A DNA stretch of 64,000 nt from Heterodontus francisci (Eukaryota): positions 112,275,651-112,339,650 of the forward strand of contig NC_090376.1 of assembly GCF_036365525.1 (NCBI RefSeq). Direction: 5' to 3'. The notes beneath the pieces were generated by a model. That model was not told the origin of the DNA, did not search any database, and worked only from the letters and a program-made list of their open reading frames with translations. The translations under genes and the position numbers were made by a program. Positions 23,170 through 36,869 of the stretch are shown in pieces (the stretch's first letter is position 1; each line of letters begins with the position of its first letter).

Positions 23170-25900
23170 TTTCTAATCCCATATCCCCTATAACTCTTCT
23201 CTTATTGCCCATAATGTTTCCTTAGCTCCTCTGCTCTACATAGTACCTGATGGAATGCATTTGTATTATAGCCCCTTAGTAATGTCTCTGAATATATTTG
23301 ATTTCTGTCTGTGCCTACGCAGCTAACAGTAATTGCCAAACCATCATTCTTACTACTTTTTTTGCCACGTTAAAGTCTGCCTTCTTGTAGTTAGAAGTCT
23401 TCATTGTACTCACATTTTCTATCATGTCTTATTTTAATTTGAATTATATTATGGCTTCTAGTTCTTTGCCTTTAACTAATTCAATCATTCTTTATTAATT
23501 GCATAACAGCAAGTCTGGCAAGTCTAGCATTGTTCGTCTTTGTAGCTTGCATAACCGTTCGAGTCAGTTAACAGTCCATAATCATGTCCAGAAATAGTCA
23601 TCCACTTTCCTTATTCCTAATATAATGTTCCAAACTAATCCCTCATGAGCTTCCTTAAACATTTTTGGATTTGAGCATCAGATGCCCTATCTATATCTTC
23701 TGTCTGATTGGGTAGTCAATAACAGACTGCTGGGACGCTTTTTCTCATTGAGCCAGCCTTGGTGCTGTTACCATCGTGTCATACGAAGTCACTCAACTTC
23801 CCATTTATTTTCCCTTTCATCCCTCTGTAAAAATCAGTAGTCTTGAAAATTTCTCAATTATGTGTATATATGAAATGAGGTTTCTGTGATTCCTTCTTGG
23901 GCATAAACTTCCAGACCCCTTACATTGTGCAGGGGCTTCTGACATTTTTGCATACTTCTTTGTGGCAGTCATTTTCCCTCTTTTTTATCCTAGCCTAGCC
24001 TACTTATCACTATTGCCATCTACAATTGCAACCACATGGCTCCCCTTCTCAGTTACCCTGCTTTCCTGTTTCCTTTCTATCTTTCTTCGTGCCTGACAAA
24101 ATATCTCAGTTAAAGCATTGAATTGCTGCTTTCTTCCCACAATTTACTAGCTTAATTCCTCCTCAAAGGATATTAGTGTCTGTTTGGTTCAAATGAAACC
24201 TGTCCCATCGGTTTTCCTGCCACAGAACTTGTTTCAATGTCATAGAAATGTACAACCCTCCTTTTTAAATCAACTCTCAACACACTTGTTGATATGTTTC
24301 GACTGGATCTCCCTTACCAGCCTAGAACACTGCACTGGGAAAAATCCTGAAAATGTTAACTCGAGGTTCTACTTTTCGATCTAACCCAATTCCACAAACT
24401 TTCAAAATTCCTTTGCAACATCCTCGCCTGCTCGCTATGGGCTGAATTTTACCAGCCCCTCGACTACCAGTTAAATTCTGCAGGGAGAGGTCCGCCTTGA
24501 CCCCCGACGTCGAGATGGGCCCACCACATATTACCAGCGGTGGGGGGGCCTCAGTGCCGCCCAGCACCACCCCCCACCCCCCCGCCGCATGGCAACAGGC
24601 CCCTCATCTAAATATGTAAATACACAGTAATGATATGTTAATTGACCTACCTGTAGACGGCGGCCATCCCACGCTAATTTTACAGCTGCTGTTTGTGCTT
24701 TGCGTGCCTTCGGAACTCCATATGGAGTTCCAAGGCGAGAACCTGGTGGGGAGGGGGGAGGAATAAAATTTTCAGGGCGGGAGGGGTGGAGGAGCGGGGA
24801 AACAATTTTAACTGGCTGTTAAAATTGTAGTCATGATTTAAAAAGAGAAATTAACCAGTACGAGTGTTAAGTCGGCCAACATCTTTTTTGTTGGCAAGGG
24901 GTTGAAGGGCAAACGTTAGAAGGTTTGGGGGAAACTTCAGGTAGGGAAAAAGGCAAGTTTTGTCAATGAGGCCCAATTAAAAGACCACTGGAGGGGTTGG
25001 GGAAGGGCCCCCATATCATTATTATCTGTTAATGAAAAATAAATGCATACTATACCTTTAAAAATTACATTTACTTCTAAGGGCTTAAAGCCCTTTAAAA
25101 ATGGCGACGGCGCCTGTGCGGTGGCACTGGATGCCATTGCCAGGGACGCGATAGCCGCCCCTGATGGCATTGAGAGGGCCGCTCTGCCCCCTCTATTTAA
25201 ATCAGCCCCTGTGCATAATATCGTGGGATACGATGCACGATTAAAATCCAGCCCTACAATTCTACTGGTTCCTACAACAGCTATGATTTCTGCCTACTCA
25301 CTCTCTTTTTCCAGAAACTTTTCCAGAGTCCATTAAATTCTGTTATCCTGGCATCTACAAGGCAATATATAATTCTGGACCATGTCATGATTGCATTAAT
25401 AACTATCTATGTCTTTATAGTTCCATTGGTTTCATTTGCCAAGTCATATTGATACTAGCACTCCCCATTTCCCACCCCCCACAGGTAGCACTTTATTCTG
25501 TGGTACTATATTATTTCTCATAATTTCCATTCCCATGTCACTGTCCTTGTTTACATCCCTACCATACAATTTCAAACCCACATTGTTTCCTGTATCGTCT
25601 CTACCTGAATCATCTTTTCCTCTTGGTGTATGGTCACCCAATTCATTTCCTCTGACCCACAATGCCACCCCTCTTACAAACGGCACTTCAGAAACCTTTC
25701 TCCCTCCTGTTGTATGGTGTCTCTACCTGCTTCTCAAGCTCAGTGACTTTTTGTTTCAGTTAAACCACTTGGAGATATCTCTTACACACATGCTTGTCCT
25801 GGATGCTGATGCTTTTCAGAGGCTTCCACGTGATGGAAGCTGCGTACACACAGCACTGGTTCCCACTATAAGGCCACCCTAAATGGTTCCAGAAATAAAT
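23170..25900 (-). mobile_element. Highly decayed CR1 remnants (ORF1 and endonuclease region)
   Basis: Patchy similarity to CR1 ORF1/APE on the minus strand (e.g. ~24180-24260 resembles the esterase C-terminal region). Boundaries are uncertain. Confidence 0.45.
24439..25254. mobile_element. Non-autonomous Harbinger element (MITE-like)
   Basis: TIRs GGGCTGAATTTTA / TAAAATCCAGCCC with flanks TAT/TAC. Confidence 0.85.
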
Positions 25901-27599
25901 GTAAATAAATGTGGCTTCAAGCCAACTACACTTTAGTGCCAAACATTTTCTTACGCAGCTGGCCTCTTGCATTTTATGTTGTTCTCAAAGGACCACAATC
26001 ATCACCTCAATTGCCACTGTTGGAGTATGTTCAAGTAGAAGTGTTGCCCATTTTCTAACTCTTATTTTTGCAATCGGTCCAGATTCAACCCTTTTCCTTT
26101 TAAAGGACAACAATGGTCCTGGTTTGCAATGCTCTCCACATATAGTCTGGAAGGTGTCTTGTGCACAGGGATTATGTCCATTTTATTCCTGTTCTAGCAG
26201 ACACTACACTTTATTGATCAAACAAATTTCCTAGCAAATCCACCGATTGTTACATCTGTTTTCACCTGTCCTATCCCTCTATTTAAATTCCATCTATATC
26301 ATATATCTTTTTCTTCTTTCTTTAATTCTTTTGTCTGTCAACTGACCTTTGAATTCTTGCTCATGTTTTTGCATGTTGAATTTCAGTTGTCTCCGAAATC
26401 GATCAAATTTGCAAGTTTTAAAAGAACTGACAGTTCAGCAGAGCATATTTCCATTTTGGCTGCTCATATTATGTGGAAATACTCTTTAGTCTGTTTTTTC
26501 TCAATTCTTAATTTCAGCTGTCATGTTATAGTGGTCTGGCTGCCTCACTGCGGGGATTCTTTAGATTTCCATCTGAACCCTCATTGCATTGACTACCAAT
26601 AATTGTCTCCCACTGAGCTAAGTTTATGAAAGATTGTACGAGAAAAGTTATGTGGGTTGTACCAGATCCCATTCCATGAAGGGCCAGGATCCAAATGTGT
26701 GAATGACAAAAAGGCTTTGTGAATTGGAAGGTGAGGTAGTAATTTAAAGGATTGGACAAGGCCAGGTCATGAATGTTTTGCATGCAGGATAGTCCCTTCT
26801 CTGCAATCTTTGTTTTCCTCTTGAACAAAGGAAATCATCAGCCAGTTTGTTTAAGCATTCAAATGGTGGAAGAAAGCCAGCAACTGTTTAAATGATTAAT
26901 TAAGGTGAAAGGCCAAATCCCTTAGTAAAGGACAATATTATGGTTGAAAGGAATTTTTAAAAAGATGAGCCAATCAATAAGTAAGGATTAGACTGCACCA
27001 AAGTGTTTTTAAAAGTCTGGAAATTGTTGGAATAGAATTTCTGATGACCTAAAGTTCCACAGATCTATCAGCCAGGGAAAAGGTGAGTTAAAGAACAAAT
27101 TCTTTGCTGACTATTGATTTCAATGTAGTGGGAGTATAAGGAAAAGGAAGAGTGTGTAGATTGGTTTATTTGGAGCAGAGAAGGAACCATTGAGGGAAAT
27201 TCAGAGCAACACTAACTGTATAGAAAAAAAATGGAGAACAGGCGGAGGTAGAGTGAGCTTGGTACTGAGAGGTGAAAGGGATTACATCTACCAGATGACA
27301 AGATTTTCTTAAATCCTATCCAGAGTGCGAGAAGTCCTAAAATAATACCTTCAGATAGGAGATTGGAATTCAAGCCTTGGGTGGACAAACTTCAATAGTT
27401 AAGAATTACTGGAGGAAAAAGATTTTTCACAATAGGAGACCACGTTTCTTAGAGGCAGATTTAGCATGGAGGATATATGAGAGGTCACGTGGCGTCAGAA
27501 AAGATAGACAGACCAAGATTGTTATGAAAGACCAAGGGTGAAAACATTAATGGTAAGAGGTGTAGCTACCTTTATCTTATAGATTACATAATCGTCCTA

Positions 27600-28975
27600 T
27601 GCTCTCTCGATTGGGAACCGTTCCTTTGGATTGGAAAGTTGTGCACATCATTCCACTGTTTAAGAAAGATAAGAGAGGGAAACCAAGGAATTGTAGACCA
27701 CCTAGCCTAACAGCTGTTGCCGGGAAATTGCTATCATCTATAATTAAGAATAGGGTGAATGATCACCTTGAAAATTTTCAGCTGATCAGACAGAGTCACC
27801 ACAAATCTACAGTAATGAACTGGAAAATGGCTATGGATGTTGTTTATATGGACTTCCAGACATTTGATAAAGTCCTTCAGAAAAGACTGCTAGTTAAAGT
27901 TGAAGCTCATGGAACTGAAGGCAAATTATTGACCTGATTAGGAAATTGGCTAAGTGGCAGGAGATAGTGGGGATAATGAGCAGTTACTCCAATTGACATA
28001 ATGTGACTTGTGGTGTCCCACAAGGATCTGTGTGGGGGCCTCAACTATTCACCGTATTTATTAATGACTTAGATGGTGGGATAGGAGGCCACATATCTAA
28101 ATTTGCTGATGAAACAAAGTTAGGTGGCATCGTAAGCAGTGCAGATAGAAGCTTGACATTATAAAGAAATATTGATAGGTTAAATGAATGGGCAAAACAC
28201 TGGCAAATGGATTTCAATGTAGGCAAAAATGTGAGGTCCTCCATTTTGGACCTAAAAAGGGTAGAACAGGGTACTTTCTAAATGGTGAAAAACTAGTCAG
28301 AGTGGAGGTTCAAAGAGATTTCAGGGCCCAGGTACATAGATCATTAAAATGTTACAAACAGGTATGGAAAATAATCAAAAAGGCTAATGGAATACTGGCC
28401 TTTATATCGAGAGGACTAGAATAGTAGGGGGTAGAAGTCATGCTTCAGCTGTACAAAGCTTTGATTCAACCACATCTGGAGTACTGCGAGCAGTTCTGGG
28501 CACCACACCTTAGGAAGGATATAGTGGCTTTGGAGGGAGTGCAGTGTAGATTTACTCCAAGGGTAGCTCGAGGAGCTACACAAACTAGGCTTGTATTCCC
28601 TGGAATTTACAAAGTTAAGGAGTGATATGATCAAAGTTTTCAAGATACTAAAAGGAACATATAGCATAAATTTCCACTGGTTTGTGAATCTAGAACTGAG
28701 GCATAGTCTAAAAATTAGAGATTGACCTTTCAGGAGTAAAATTAGGCAACACTTCTTCATGCAAAGGGAGGTAGAAGTTTGGAAATATCTTCTGCAAGCA
28801 ACAATTGATGTTAGATCAATTGTTAATTGTAAACTGAGAGTGATAGATTTCTGTCAGACAAAGGTATTAAGGGATATGAGGCAAAGACATAGAGTTAGGT
28901 CACAGATCAGCCATGATCTCGTTGAATGGCAGAGTAGGCTCGAGGGGCTAAATGGTCTACTCCTGTTCCTAAATT
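27600..28975 (+). mobile_element. CR1 RT region to 3' end, decayed
   Basis: Motifs VPLDWKVVHIIPLFKK, DVVYMDFQTFDKV, GVPQGSV, KFADETK and [14 protein letters not shown], plus a CR1 3' UTR. Confidence 0.88.
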
Positions 28976-31900
28976 CTTATAAAAATATGCTGTTGGATAG
29001 ATCATTACATTTGCTAAAAGCAGTATGTTCACTAGTATTTCCCACCTGAATAAATAACCCTCAGTTGAAACCCTTTGTATTGTAGAAGGGTAACCAGATT
29101 GAGTTTCTGATCCAGTTAATGATTGAGTCACTAGCTGAGAGAGTAGGACTCAGTGGTTGCCTCTGGTAGGTAAAAGAAAGAGTGTGCCAAGAGATCCCCA
29201 GGTGGAGAGTTCCATATACTTAAGTTTTAATATATTCCTTTGTGGGTATAGCAGGATTATACAAAGGCAAATTGACAATGGAACAGTGCCCTGGTCAGCA
29301 ATACGACATTCTATAATAGTCAAATATTTCGAGTTGAATTTGCACTCTCAGATCCAGTCGCAGTGGGAGAGGCCGGCAATGCGTCGGGAACACGAAAGAT
29401 TCAGCAGCTCATTTGTCAGTGGCTTTCTCGCCCGGCCTCTGCATTTGCATCTGACATTCGAGATTCCTGACCAATTAAAGTAGATGGGTGTGTTTACCAA
29501 CCGCATCAGTCTGTTTCAGCTCCAGTATTTGAAGGGACCCTGTGAGGGTTCGAATTAAATCATTATAGAAGTCTTACGACAGAGCCAGGAACTGCACAAA
29601 TGGAGTCTCATTGTGGCAAGGCAGCACCCCACTTCAGTAAGGCGCCCCTGGATGTGATACTGCAGGCTGTAAGACCCTGCAGGGAGATTCTGTTCCCCGC
29701 AGACAGGAGAAAGAAGGCAGCCCCTGAAAAGAAACAGGCGTGGTTGGCAGGGGCCAAGGAGGTCAGCAGTAAGAGACTGGTGCCTTCCTTCCTGGATACA
29801 AGAGGTTCAATGACCTGATCAGGGCCGGAAAGGTGACTGGCATGGCACATTGAAGTACAATGCCACTCATGCTGAATCCCCCAGCTTTCACCTGAACATC
29901 ACTCCTCATACCAGCACACCTTGCAGGTGCACCCATCCCTCTGTCTCTCAAGGCACCTCCTTACATCCCTATCTGACCAGCCACCACTAGCACTCATTCT
30001 CATCTTATTGCAATGTCACATGCATCCCTCATCCACAATGCTCCACAAATGTTGTCCTTCTATCCTTTTAAAACATTACACCTCACACTCTAGGTCTCTT
30101 CCTCTTCTTGCAGGGGAAGACAGCACAGAACACCTAGGAGAGGCAGAGAACCAGCGATGGCCTTCCAGTTATAGCCACCTTGCAGAGGAAGAGGGGATGG
30201 AGATGAGCAGGGTCTCCTCACCCCTGACGATATCATAGAGCCACATGGCAGACTACATTCACTCATATGGATTTGTTGCCAGCAGCCACTGAAATATGAT
30301 GACTTGCACAATGATAACTTTGAACCCTCTTGCCTTGTCCGAACTAATTCATGTCTTTCATCCCACACAGGTCCTCAAGCGTCCCTCAAGAGATGATGCC
30401 AGAAGAGGATGAAGACTCCTCAGAGGAGGTCACTCACTCTGAGGATGCACAGCCACAGGACTCATGCACACCCTCCACCAGCTCAGTTAATCACATCTTG
30501 CTGGGCTGATCAAGACTGGTAGTTGGGTTGAGATATGGCATCTCACACATCAAAAGTTAGTAGGAGCAGGTGTTGGAGATAGGGTACAGTAGTGGAGAGC
30601 CCCCATCAGCAGGTGCAGGACATTACAAGTTCTGCTCAGCTGGACACAGATGCTGATCCTCAGGGGTTGTCGATGAAGGGGACAATACTGGAGAAGCAGC
30701 AGAAAATGGGTGAGGTTCAGTCAGCCATTCCAACTGCACTGTGCATGATTGGAGAGAGATTGGAGGAGTGCATCTCTAGCATGAGTGCCATGATGTCTCA
30801 GGCCTTCTTGCTGATGTCTACGTCTATGGAAAAAGTGGCCACCTACATGGGGCATCAGACATGGCAGTCCACCGAAGTCATGCTGGCCCTCACACTCAGA
30901 CTGCCACCTTAGTGAGGGTTGAGGAAATCCTCACCTTGGTCATTCAGCACCTCACTGATGTGCAGCAAAGTTCTCTCTAGCTCTTGGCCAGTAGAAGAGT
31001 GGAGGTCAGCCATGAGAAAGAAGATGCAGAAAAGGCACATAGAAGTGGGGACTTCATTCAAAGCATTTCCATGTCTGTCCTCTGGCACCCCCTTAATCAA
31101 AGCCCCACATGCTGTCTCCTGTCTTGATGACTGAGTCTGCCCCTGCACAGGTAGGGCAGTCTTTGGCGAAGCCCTCATGGGGTCCAAAATACAGAGGGTG
31201 TCGGCTAAGAGCTTCTGACGAGTCAGAGCAGGATCCAAGCAGCCTGCCTCTAGCCCTGCAGAAGCCACAGTGGTTGCATCACGTAGGAGCAGTAGAAAAA
31301 GGAAGAGAAAGGATTTGTAGTTGCATAAGGGTGTTCACTTGGGAGTTTAGCATTAGCTAAAGGAAAGCAATGGGTGTCTGTGAGAGAGGTGAAGTGTTGA
31401 TTGTGGGACTGATTTGTGCTGAGGGCTTGGGGTGGAGCACAGTGGTTTCAGAATTTGTGTGCTAGATGGCTACACTGCCTCAGATTAACTGACCCATGCA
31501 TGAATCAGTCCATCCCAAGTATCCCTGCCAGCTAAGTGTGTGGCTTCAGGTACCCTCACCATTTCAGGCTCCTCTTCCTCCTGCTCCTCTGGTTGCTCTT
31601 CCTCCTCTGACAAAGATACAATGCATTCATCACCTTCAGGGAGACCACTATCATTCTGGAAACCATTGCTGGTACACACTGGGTTCCCCCAGATCTGTCC
31701 AGGCACCTGAATCTCATCTTCAGCATCCGGATTGTTTGCTAAATGACAGCTTTGTTACTCATGTGGCTTCTATTGTACTTTCTCTGGACAGCTATGTTTT
31801 GGCTGCTAACAGGTGTCATCAACCACATCTTTAGAGGGTAGCCCTTGACTCCAAGGAGCCATCTGTTGATTCTGTTTCAAGGTGTGAACATCTGTGGGAG

Positions 31901-32110
31901 ACTTGACTGGCGCATGATGAATGCATCATGGCAGCTCCCTGGGTATCTTGCACAGCCATGCGTGATAATCTTTCAGTGATTGTAGACCAGCTGAACATTG
32001 ATTTAGGTTGATGAATACTCCTGGGTGATCTGTGGCATCTTGATTACAGCAAGTGTGCTGCCTATGACTCCCTGGACCTATTGGAATCCAGCCAGAGCAG
32101 CAAATCCATG

Positions 32111-32147
32111 AGTTCTGATGAAAGGTCACAGACCTGAAATGTTAACT
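32111..32147 (+). ncRNA. Minimal type I hammerhead ribozyme motif
   Basis: Core CUGAUGA and GAAA, stem II AGGUC/GACCU, stem I AGUU/AACU. Stem III CG has decayed to TG. Confidence 0.7.
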
Positions 32148-32208
32148 CTGCTTCTCTCTCCACAGATGCTGCCAGATCTGCTGAGTATTTCCAGCACTTT
32201 GTGTTTTT
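32111..32208 (+). mobile_element. Short hammerhead-bearing Penelope-derived insertion inside the Harbinger transposase
   Basis: Begins AGTT-CTGATGA-aaggtc-aca-gacct-GAAA-tgtt-AACT. Flanked by aaatc(c/g)atgag at 32102-32112 and 32209-32219. Confidence 0.8.
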
Positions 32209-33649
32209 AAATCGATGAGCCCTTTCATTCTAACTGGCCTCATCAGCAATGGTGCACATAAGCACTGACCCTGGCAAACAAGGTATCTGTCACCTGTGAG
32301 ATGCACATATAGCCAGCAGGTTGTGAGATTTGACAAATAGCACCAACAGATCCTTGGAAGGAGTTGGAGGTGAAGAAATTAAGGGCTGTGGTAACCATGA
32401 CTGCCACTGACAATGTGTGCCCACCTGGTCCACTTGGCAGTAGGTCTTCTTCCAGGAGGCTGCAAATGTCAGCAACCACCTGACAAGAAAGTCTGACCCT
32501 CCTGATATACTGGTGCTTAGTCACATTAAGGAAGCTTATCCTCTGTCTGGATACCCTGGAATTGGAGGCATTGTCTCCTGCGAGTTCGACCTCTGAGTTT
32601 ATTCCCTCTGCCCTGTGGATCATTGAGGAGAGATTGCTGCTGCTCTTGTGCCTGTTGGTTTTGCTGCTGCTGCTCTTGGTCCTCATTTGAGGTTCAAGGT
32701 AGAGCTGCATAAGTGACTACATATTGTTGTGAAGGCTGACAGCTGGAAAATGCAGACCAAAGGCAAAACTTCTAAGGTAGAGAAATAACCTCCGAAGTAT
32801 TGGAAACCACCTCCAAAGCAGTGAAAGCACACTCCCAGACAAATCATGTAAGCCTTTCAACTAGGCAAGAAAACAGCTGTCAGATCTCAGAATAATTTAA
32901 AGTCTTTCTTGCCTGTCAATTGTTTAGCCCTGTCGATTCCAGCTGTCCTCTTGCTTTGTTTTACCTGGCAGGTTCCAGGAAGCCTGGGAAACTCATGCAC
33001 ACAGAGTTAAAGTCAGAATGCTGGGTTAAAACAGCAGTTAGTGAGCAATTTACATATCTACATGGCACATTCACCTGTCCAACAGAGGTTTCCTACGTGC
33101 TTAAGAACACGCTTGGATTAAAGGTTAAAGGCCATGGGTTCCTGCTGGCTTCCGGTTATGCTGACAGTTTCAGCTGTTTTAACTTCCCACCCACCTTGAC
33201 AGGTTAAACCCCTCCCCATTCAAACAGTCAAGATTTAAAAATAAAGTTTGATAGGTGGTTGAAGAAACATAGGAACAAACATATGGGATTAGGACTACTG
33301 CTTGTGTGAAGGATCAACATCCTGTTTCCAAGTTGTAATTTATATCTGATAATTTTTTTGGATTGTTATCCATTTTTACTGATGTAGAAATTTTTAAAAA
33401 ATGTCAAATTATGTTGTGTTCGATGTCAAGTTACATTAGTCTTGTTCTGTATTGGTAAGCTGATCTTTGGTGTTTAGGTCCTGGAAATAGAAGCAGAACA
33501 TATTGAACAGAACGTGGGGAAACCAAGCTAAAAGGAAACTTTTCCCTCTCACATTTCATTCACTGTTCTCACTGTTCTCAACTTTTGATGGTGTAGGAAT
33601 CCTTTGAACACCACTATCCAGGAATGAGTAGCTAGTCAGTGTCTTTTTT

Positions 33650-34150
33650 TAAAATTGTTTTTTGGTATGTGTGCAATGCTGGCAAGACTGCATTTATTGC
33701 CCATTTCTAGTTAGGCGCGGGCTAGGGTGAGGACAAGAACAGTCCTTGAACTGCTGAAACCTTGTTGTGATGGTGTCAATTTTATTCTCATTGCTGAACT
33801 ATGTAGCAACTATTTCTAATTGGGTGGCTGACAAGTCCATTTCACAATGCATTAAGAGTCAACCATGTAAAGAGAGTGGAGTCAGGAGTAGGCTGTACTG
33901 AATAGTGGTGAAGGCACTCTTCCCTCTAGCAATAATATAAAAGCAAAATACTGTGGATGCTGGAAATCTGAAACAAACACAAGAAACGTTGGAAATACTC
34001 AGCAGGTCTGGCAGCATCTGTGGAGAGAGAAGCAGAGTCAACGCTTCAGGTCAGTGACCCTTCTTCAGAACTGGCTTCCCTCTAGCAAGTTGGGTTTCCA
34101 GATCAATCTGGAAACCTTCATTTTGGGGGGATACCAGCCCATAATTTATG
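33650..34150 (-). mobile_element. Decayed SINE (same family as 3465-3710) hosting a hammerhead mini-element
   Basis: Contains the tail motif gctggcaag..gcatttattgccc and the body motif ttaagagtcaacca. Confidence 0.6.
33933..34074 (-). mobile_element. 142-bp hammerhead-bearing Penelope-derived insertion
   Basis: Perfect 14-bp TSD cttccctctagcaa (33919-33932 and 34075-34088). Hammerhead motif at 34036-34072 reads AGUU CUGAAGA agggtc act gacct GAAG CGUU GACU. Confidence 0.88.
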
Positions 34151-34929
34151 TCTAGATTGTCAATAAAAAATTAAGCAAAATAGATTTTTAAAAATTAAAG
34201 AAATAAATAAAAAAACAATAAACAGGAAACAGTAAACAGCAGAAAGCAATGATGGAATTTTGAAGGCGAGAAAAAAATGATTAAGAGGATCAGAGGAAAG
34301 GAAAAGATGGTAAGAAAGGAGATGAAATGTTTGAAAGCCAAAGAAGAAAGCTTTATAGACACTGACCTCCTGCTTTTGAAAGAAAATTTATACAAGGAGA
34401 CAGCAACAGGAAACAGGACAAAGATGGCTATGAACTTGAAAGTGTCCTGATTTTCTGTTCTTACTAAGCTGTTTGAATACATCATTCATAATTGCCAACC
34501 ATCACCATACAATATACCTATGGAGTAATTTTAAGGGTCTGTAATACCAGAGGACCATGTTCTTGATTGAACATTTGGATAATTGTTGGCTGTACGTGCT
34601 AGGATTTCTGATATGCATTGTCAACTGCTGAGTGACTTTGCTGGAAACATTGACTTCTTAGGTATTCACCCAACCCAGTCTAAAGGAGCATGAATGTTTG
34701 GTTCTCCACCATTATCTAGCCGCTGGGGGACTGGGGGTGGGGTGGGGGGTTGATCCTTACAGTAAACGTTAACCATGATCCATGCACATGCTTTGCTAGT
34801 GTGGATTTGACAGAAACACTGGATAAAGAGAAGATACCAGGTGGTGTAGAAATTTGCAGAAAGACCCCAATACATTCTTAATGCATCCGAAGTGCAGTTA
34901 TGTAATGAAATCTGAGAAACAACATCTTT

Positions 34930-36869
34930 CATAAATATTGTAGGCTATTTTATTGCATATGGCTATTGAGACAGCATCCAAGATCAATACAGATATAGTA
35001 CAATATACTATTCTAAATCAATTTTTCATCTTCCGGCAGCATTACATTCAACCTTATATACAATATATACAACGGAAGACACAGCAAGATATGTTAAAGT
35101 TACAATTATCTCTTGTCTGGTCACAAGAAATATTACATAATTATTTTTCCTGACATCCCAAAACTAAAAATGGTAACATGAAAACACTGCTGTTACATAG
35201 TTCAGGGTTTATGCAGCATCATGGAGAAAAGGAAACACACCCATTGAACTGAAATGAGCAAAATATACAAAAAGCAAACTTTGCAGACACACTAATGAAC
35301 ATTGTAACTAGCAATTACAGTTATGTATTAAATTGCGTTCCAAACTGTAAACTAAGGATGTAAAATATTGCATACAGTTTGATTTGTACATTTAAATGTT
35401 TGATACAGTGAAGCTATGAAAATTGTATTTAGTGGCAAGTGATCACTTATCTCAGTACATTCCATACTTTGTTATTGTCTCAGGTAATGAAATTTGTAGT
35501 TAGCATTTTTTCTTTCAGTGCCATTGTTATAAAAGTGGCTTTTAACACAGATTCAGCCACTTTATCATCAAGATCAATTCCAGCCTGTTTTTACCTAATG
35601 TAAAAATAGGCAATGCTCACCGTACAGATCTTCTTTGTACAGTATATTTACACACACCATTAGGCATAACTATAATAGAATTGACCTCTCGTGGAATACA
35701 GAGACCTTGCCACAGGTCTGTCATGAAACTTCAATTCCTTGCATTGCAGAAAATCATGTCTACATTCAGAATTTTCTGGCACTTTCATTAGCTGTTCCAA
35801 TAATAATAAATAAATCAGCAGAAAGGTTTTGTGGAACCACATTCACCAAAGCAGTATTGAACAGTCCCAAGTTCTGCAATCAATATAAGAAGCACTCATG
35901 GTTAAGAAACAGCAAGAACACTATCCTCTATAAATCTTATAAACAGAAAACACTGACTCCCCTCTGAAGGAATCAAACTTGCATTTTAAATAAGCTGTAC
36001 AGTTGACAATGTTTTGCATTCAATTGCATTTAATATTTACATTCTGATGTAGCTCAAATTATGTTAAGATCCTTATCGCCCACATTCGTAATATCACATC
36101 ATCTCTCCTTGTAATGACTTACTGAAGGTTACCATCCTGGTTTTAATGAAAGCTCTTGTCTGCATCTTGATGGATCTTTCAATCCAAGTCCATGACCTGA
36201 AATTGCACTTTTCTTTCCTCCTATCTGTCAGACCATTTTTTTAAAGTTAGGCTTAAGCTACTCAACATTGGATGCTTGTTGAATGGCAAGCCCAAAATTC
36301 TGGCTCATCACACAGTTACAATATTTTCAAGACATTAAACATGTTAAGGCCGAGGGCTTGTGTCTCGGGAGTTCAGCAGCGATAAAGCTAAGTTTGTGCT
36401 CCTTCTCCCATAAAAGGCTGACATTAGTATTTAAAAGAGGTAGGATTTATATCAGGTCAGTAACATTCCAGTTCAGTCAGTTTCTGATGTGAGAAGCATT
36501 TCAAAAAGGTAATGTGGTCAAGGTGTTACCAGACTGGGAAAGCTAAGTAATAGAAATTGGCTGTATCTCAGCTTAAAGAAAGGCTTAACTGGCAACAACT
36601 AATATACTGCTAAATAAGTACTGCTTCAGTGCACTCCACCTAGAAAAGGAAGAGGATGATCGATATCCATAACAGAAACTAATGAGGCAGAAAGCTTCCT
36701 TGTCCTTGAAGGTATGCAGTGTGTTGCAGTGTTATAACGGTCTCGAGGCATTATTGGTTACCCATTCACAATGAGGAAAAAAGGTAAACTTGAGCAGCAT
36801 TCCATAAAAGGTCTTTGCTGAGCAGCATTGCTTCTGTGAGGTTTCAGTGACGTTGAAGGGTCTGTCAGT
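34930..36869 (-). other. Candidate terminal exon(s) and 3' UTR of an unidentified minus-strand transcript
   Basis: About 2 kb of AT-rich DNA with no recognisable TE. AATAAA on the minus strand at 34949-34954. Strong acceptors ttttcttttgtttag (exon start 36869) and cctcttccttttctag (36639). No recognisable protein. Confidence 0.3.

Larger units (their letters stand above)
29331..33217. mobile_element. Second PIF/Harbinger element (Myb-like gene on +, transposase on -), with degenerate ends
   Basis: At 29600, MESHCGKAAPHFSKAPLDVILQAV..EILFP..KRFNDL followed by a splice donor. Minus-strand 31480-32710 gives RRVRLSCQVVADIC..VTTALNFFTSNSFQG..ISQ, GVKGYPL and MLKMRFRCLDRSGG. TIRs are not cleanly matched. 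Confidence 0.8.

Noticed and set aside
26519-26730. Plus-strand segment with good acceptor and donor sites
   Set aside because: All three frames contain stops, and nothing else supports an exon.
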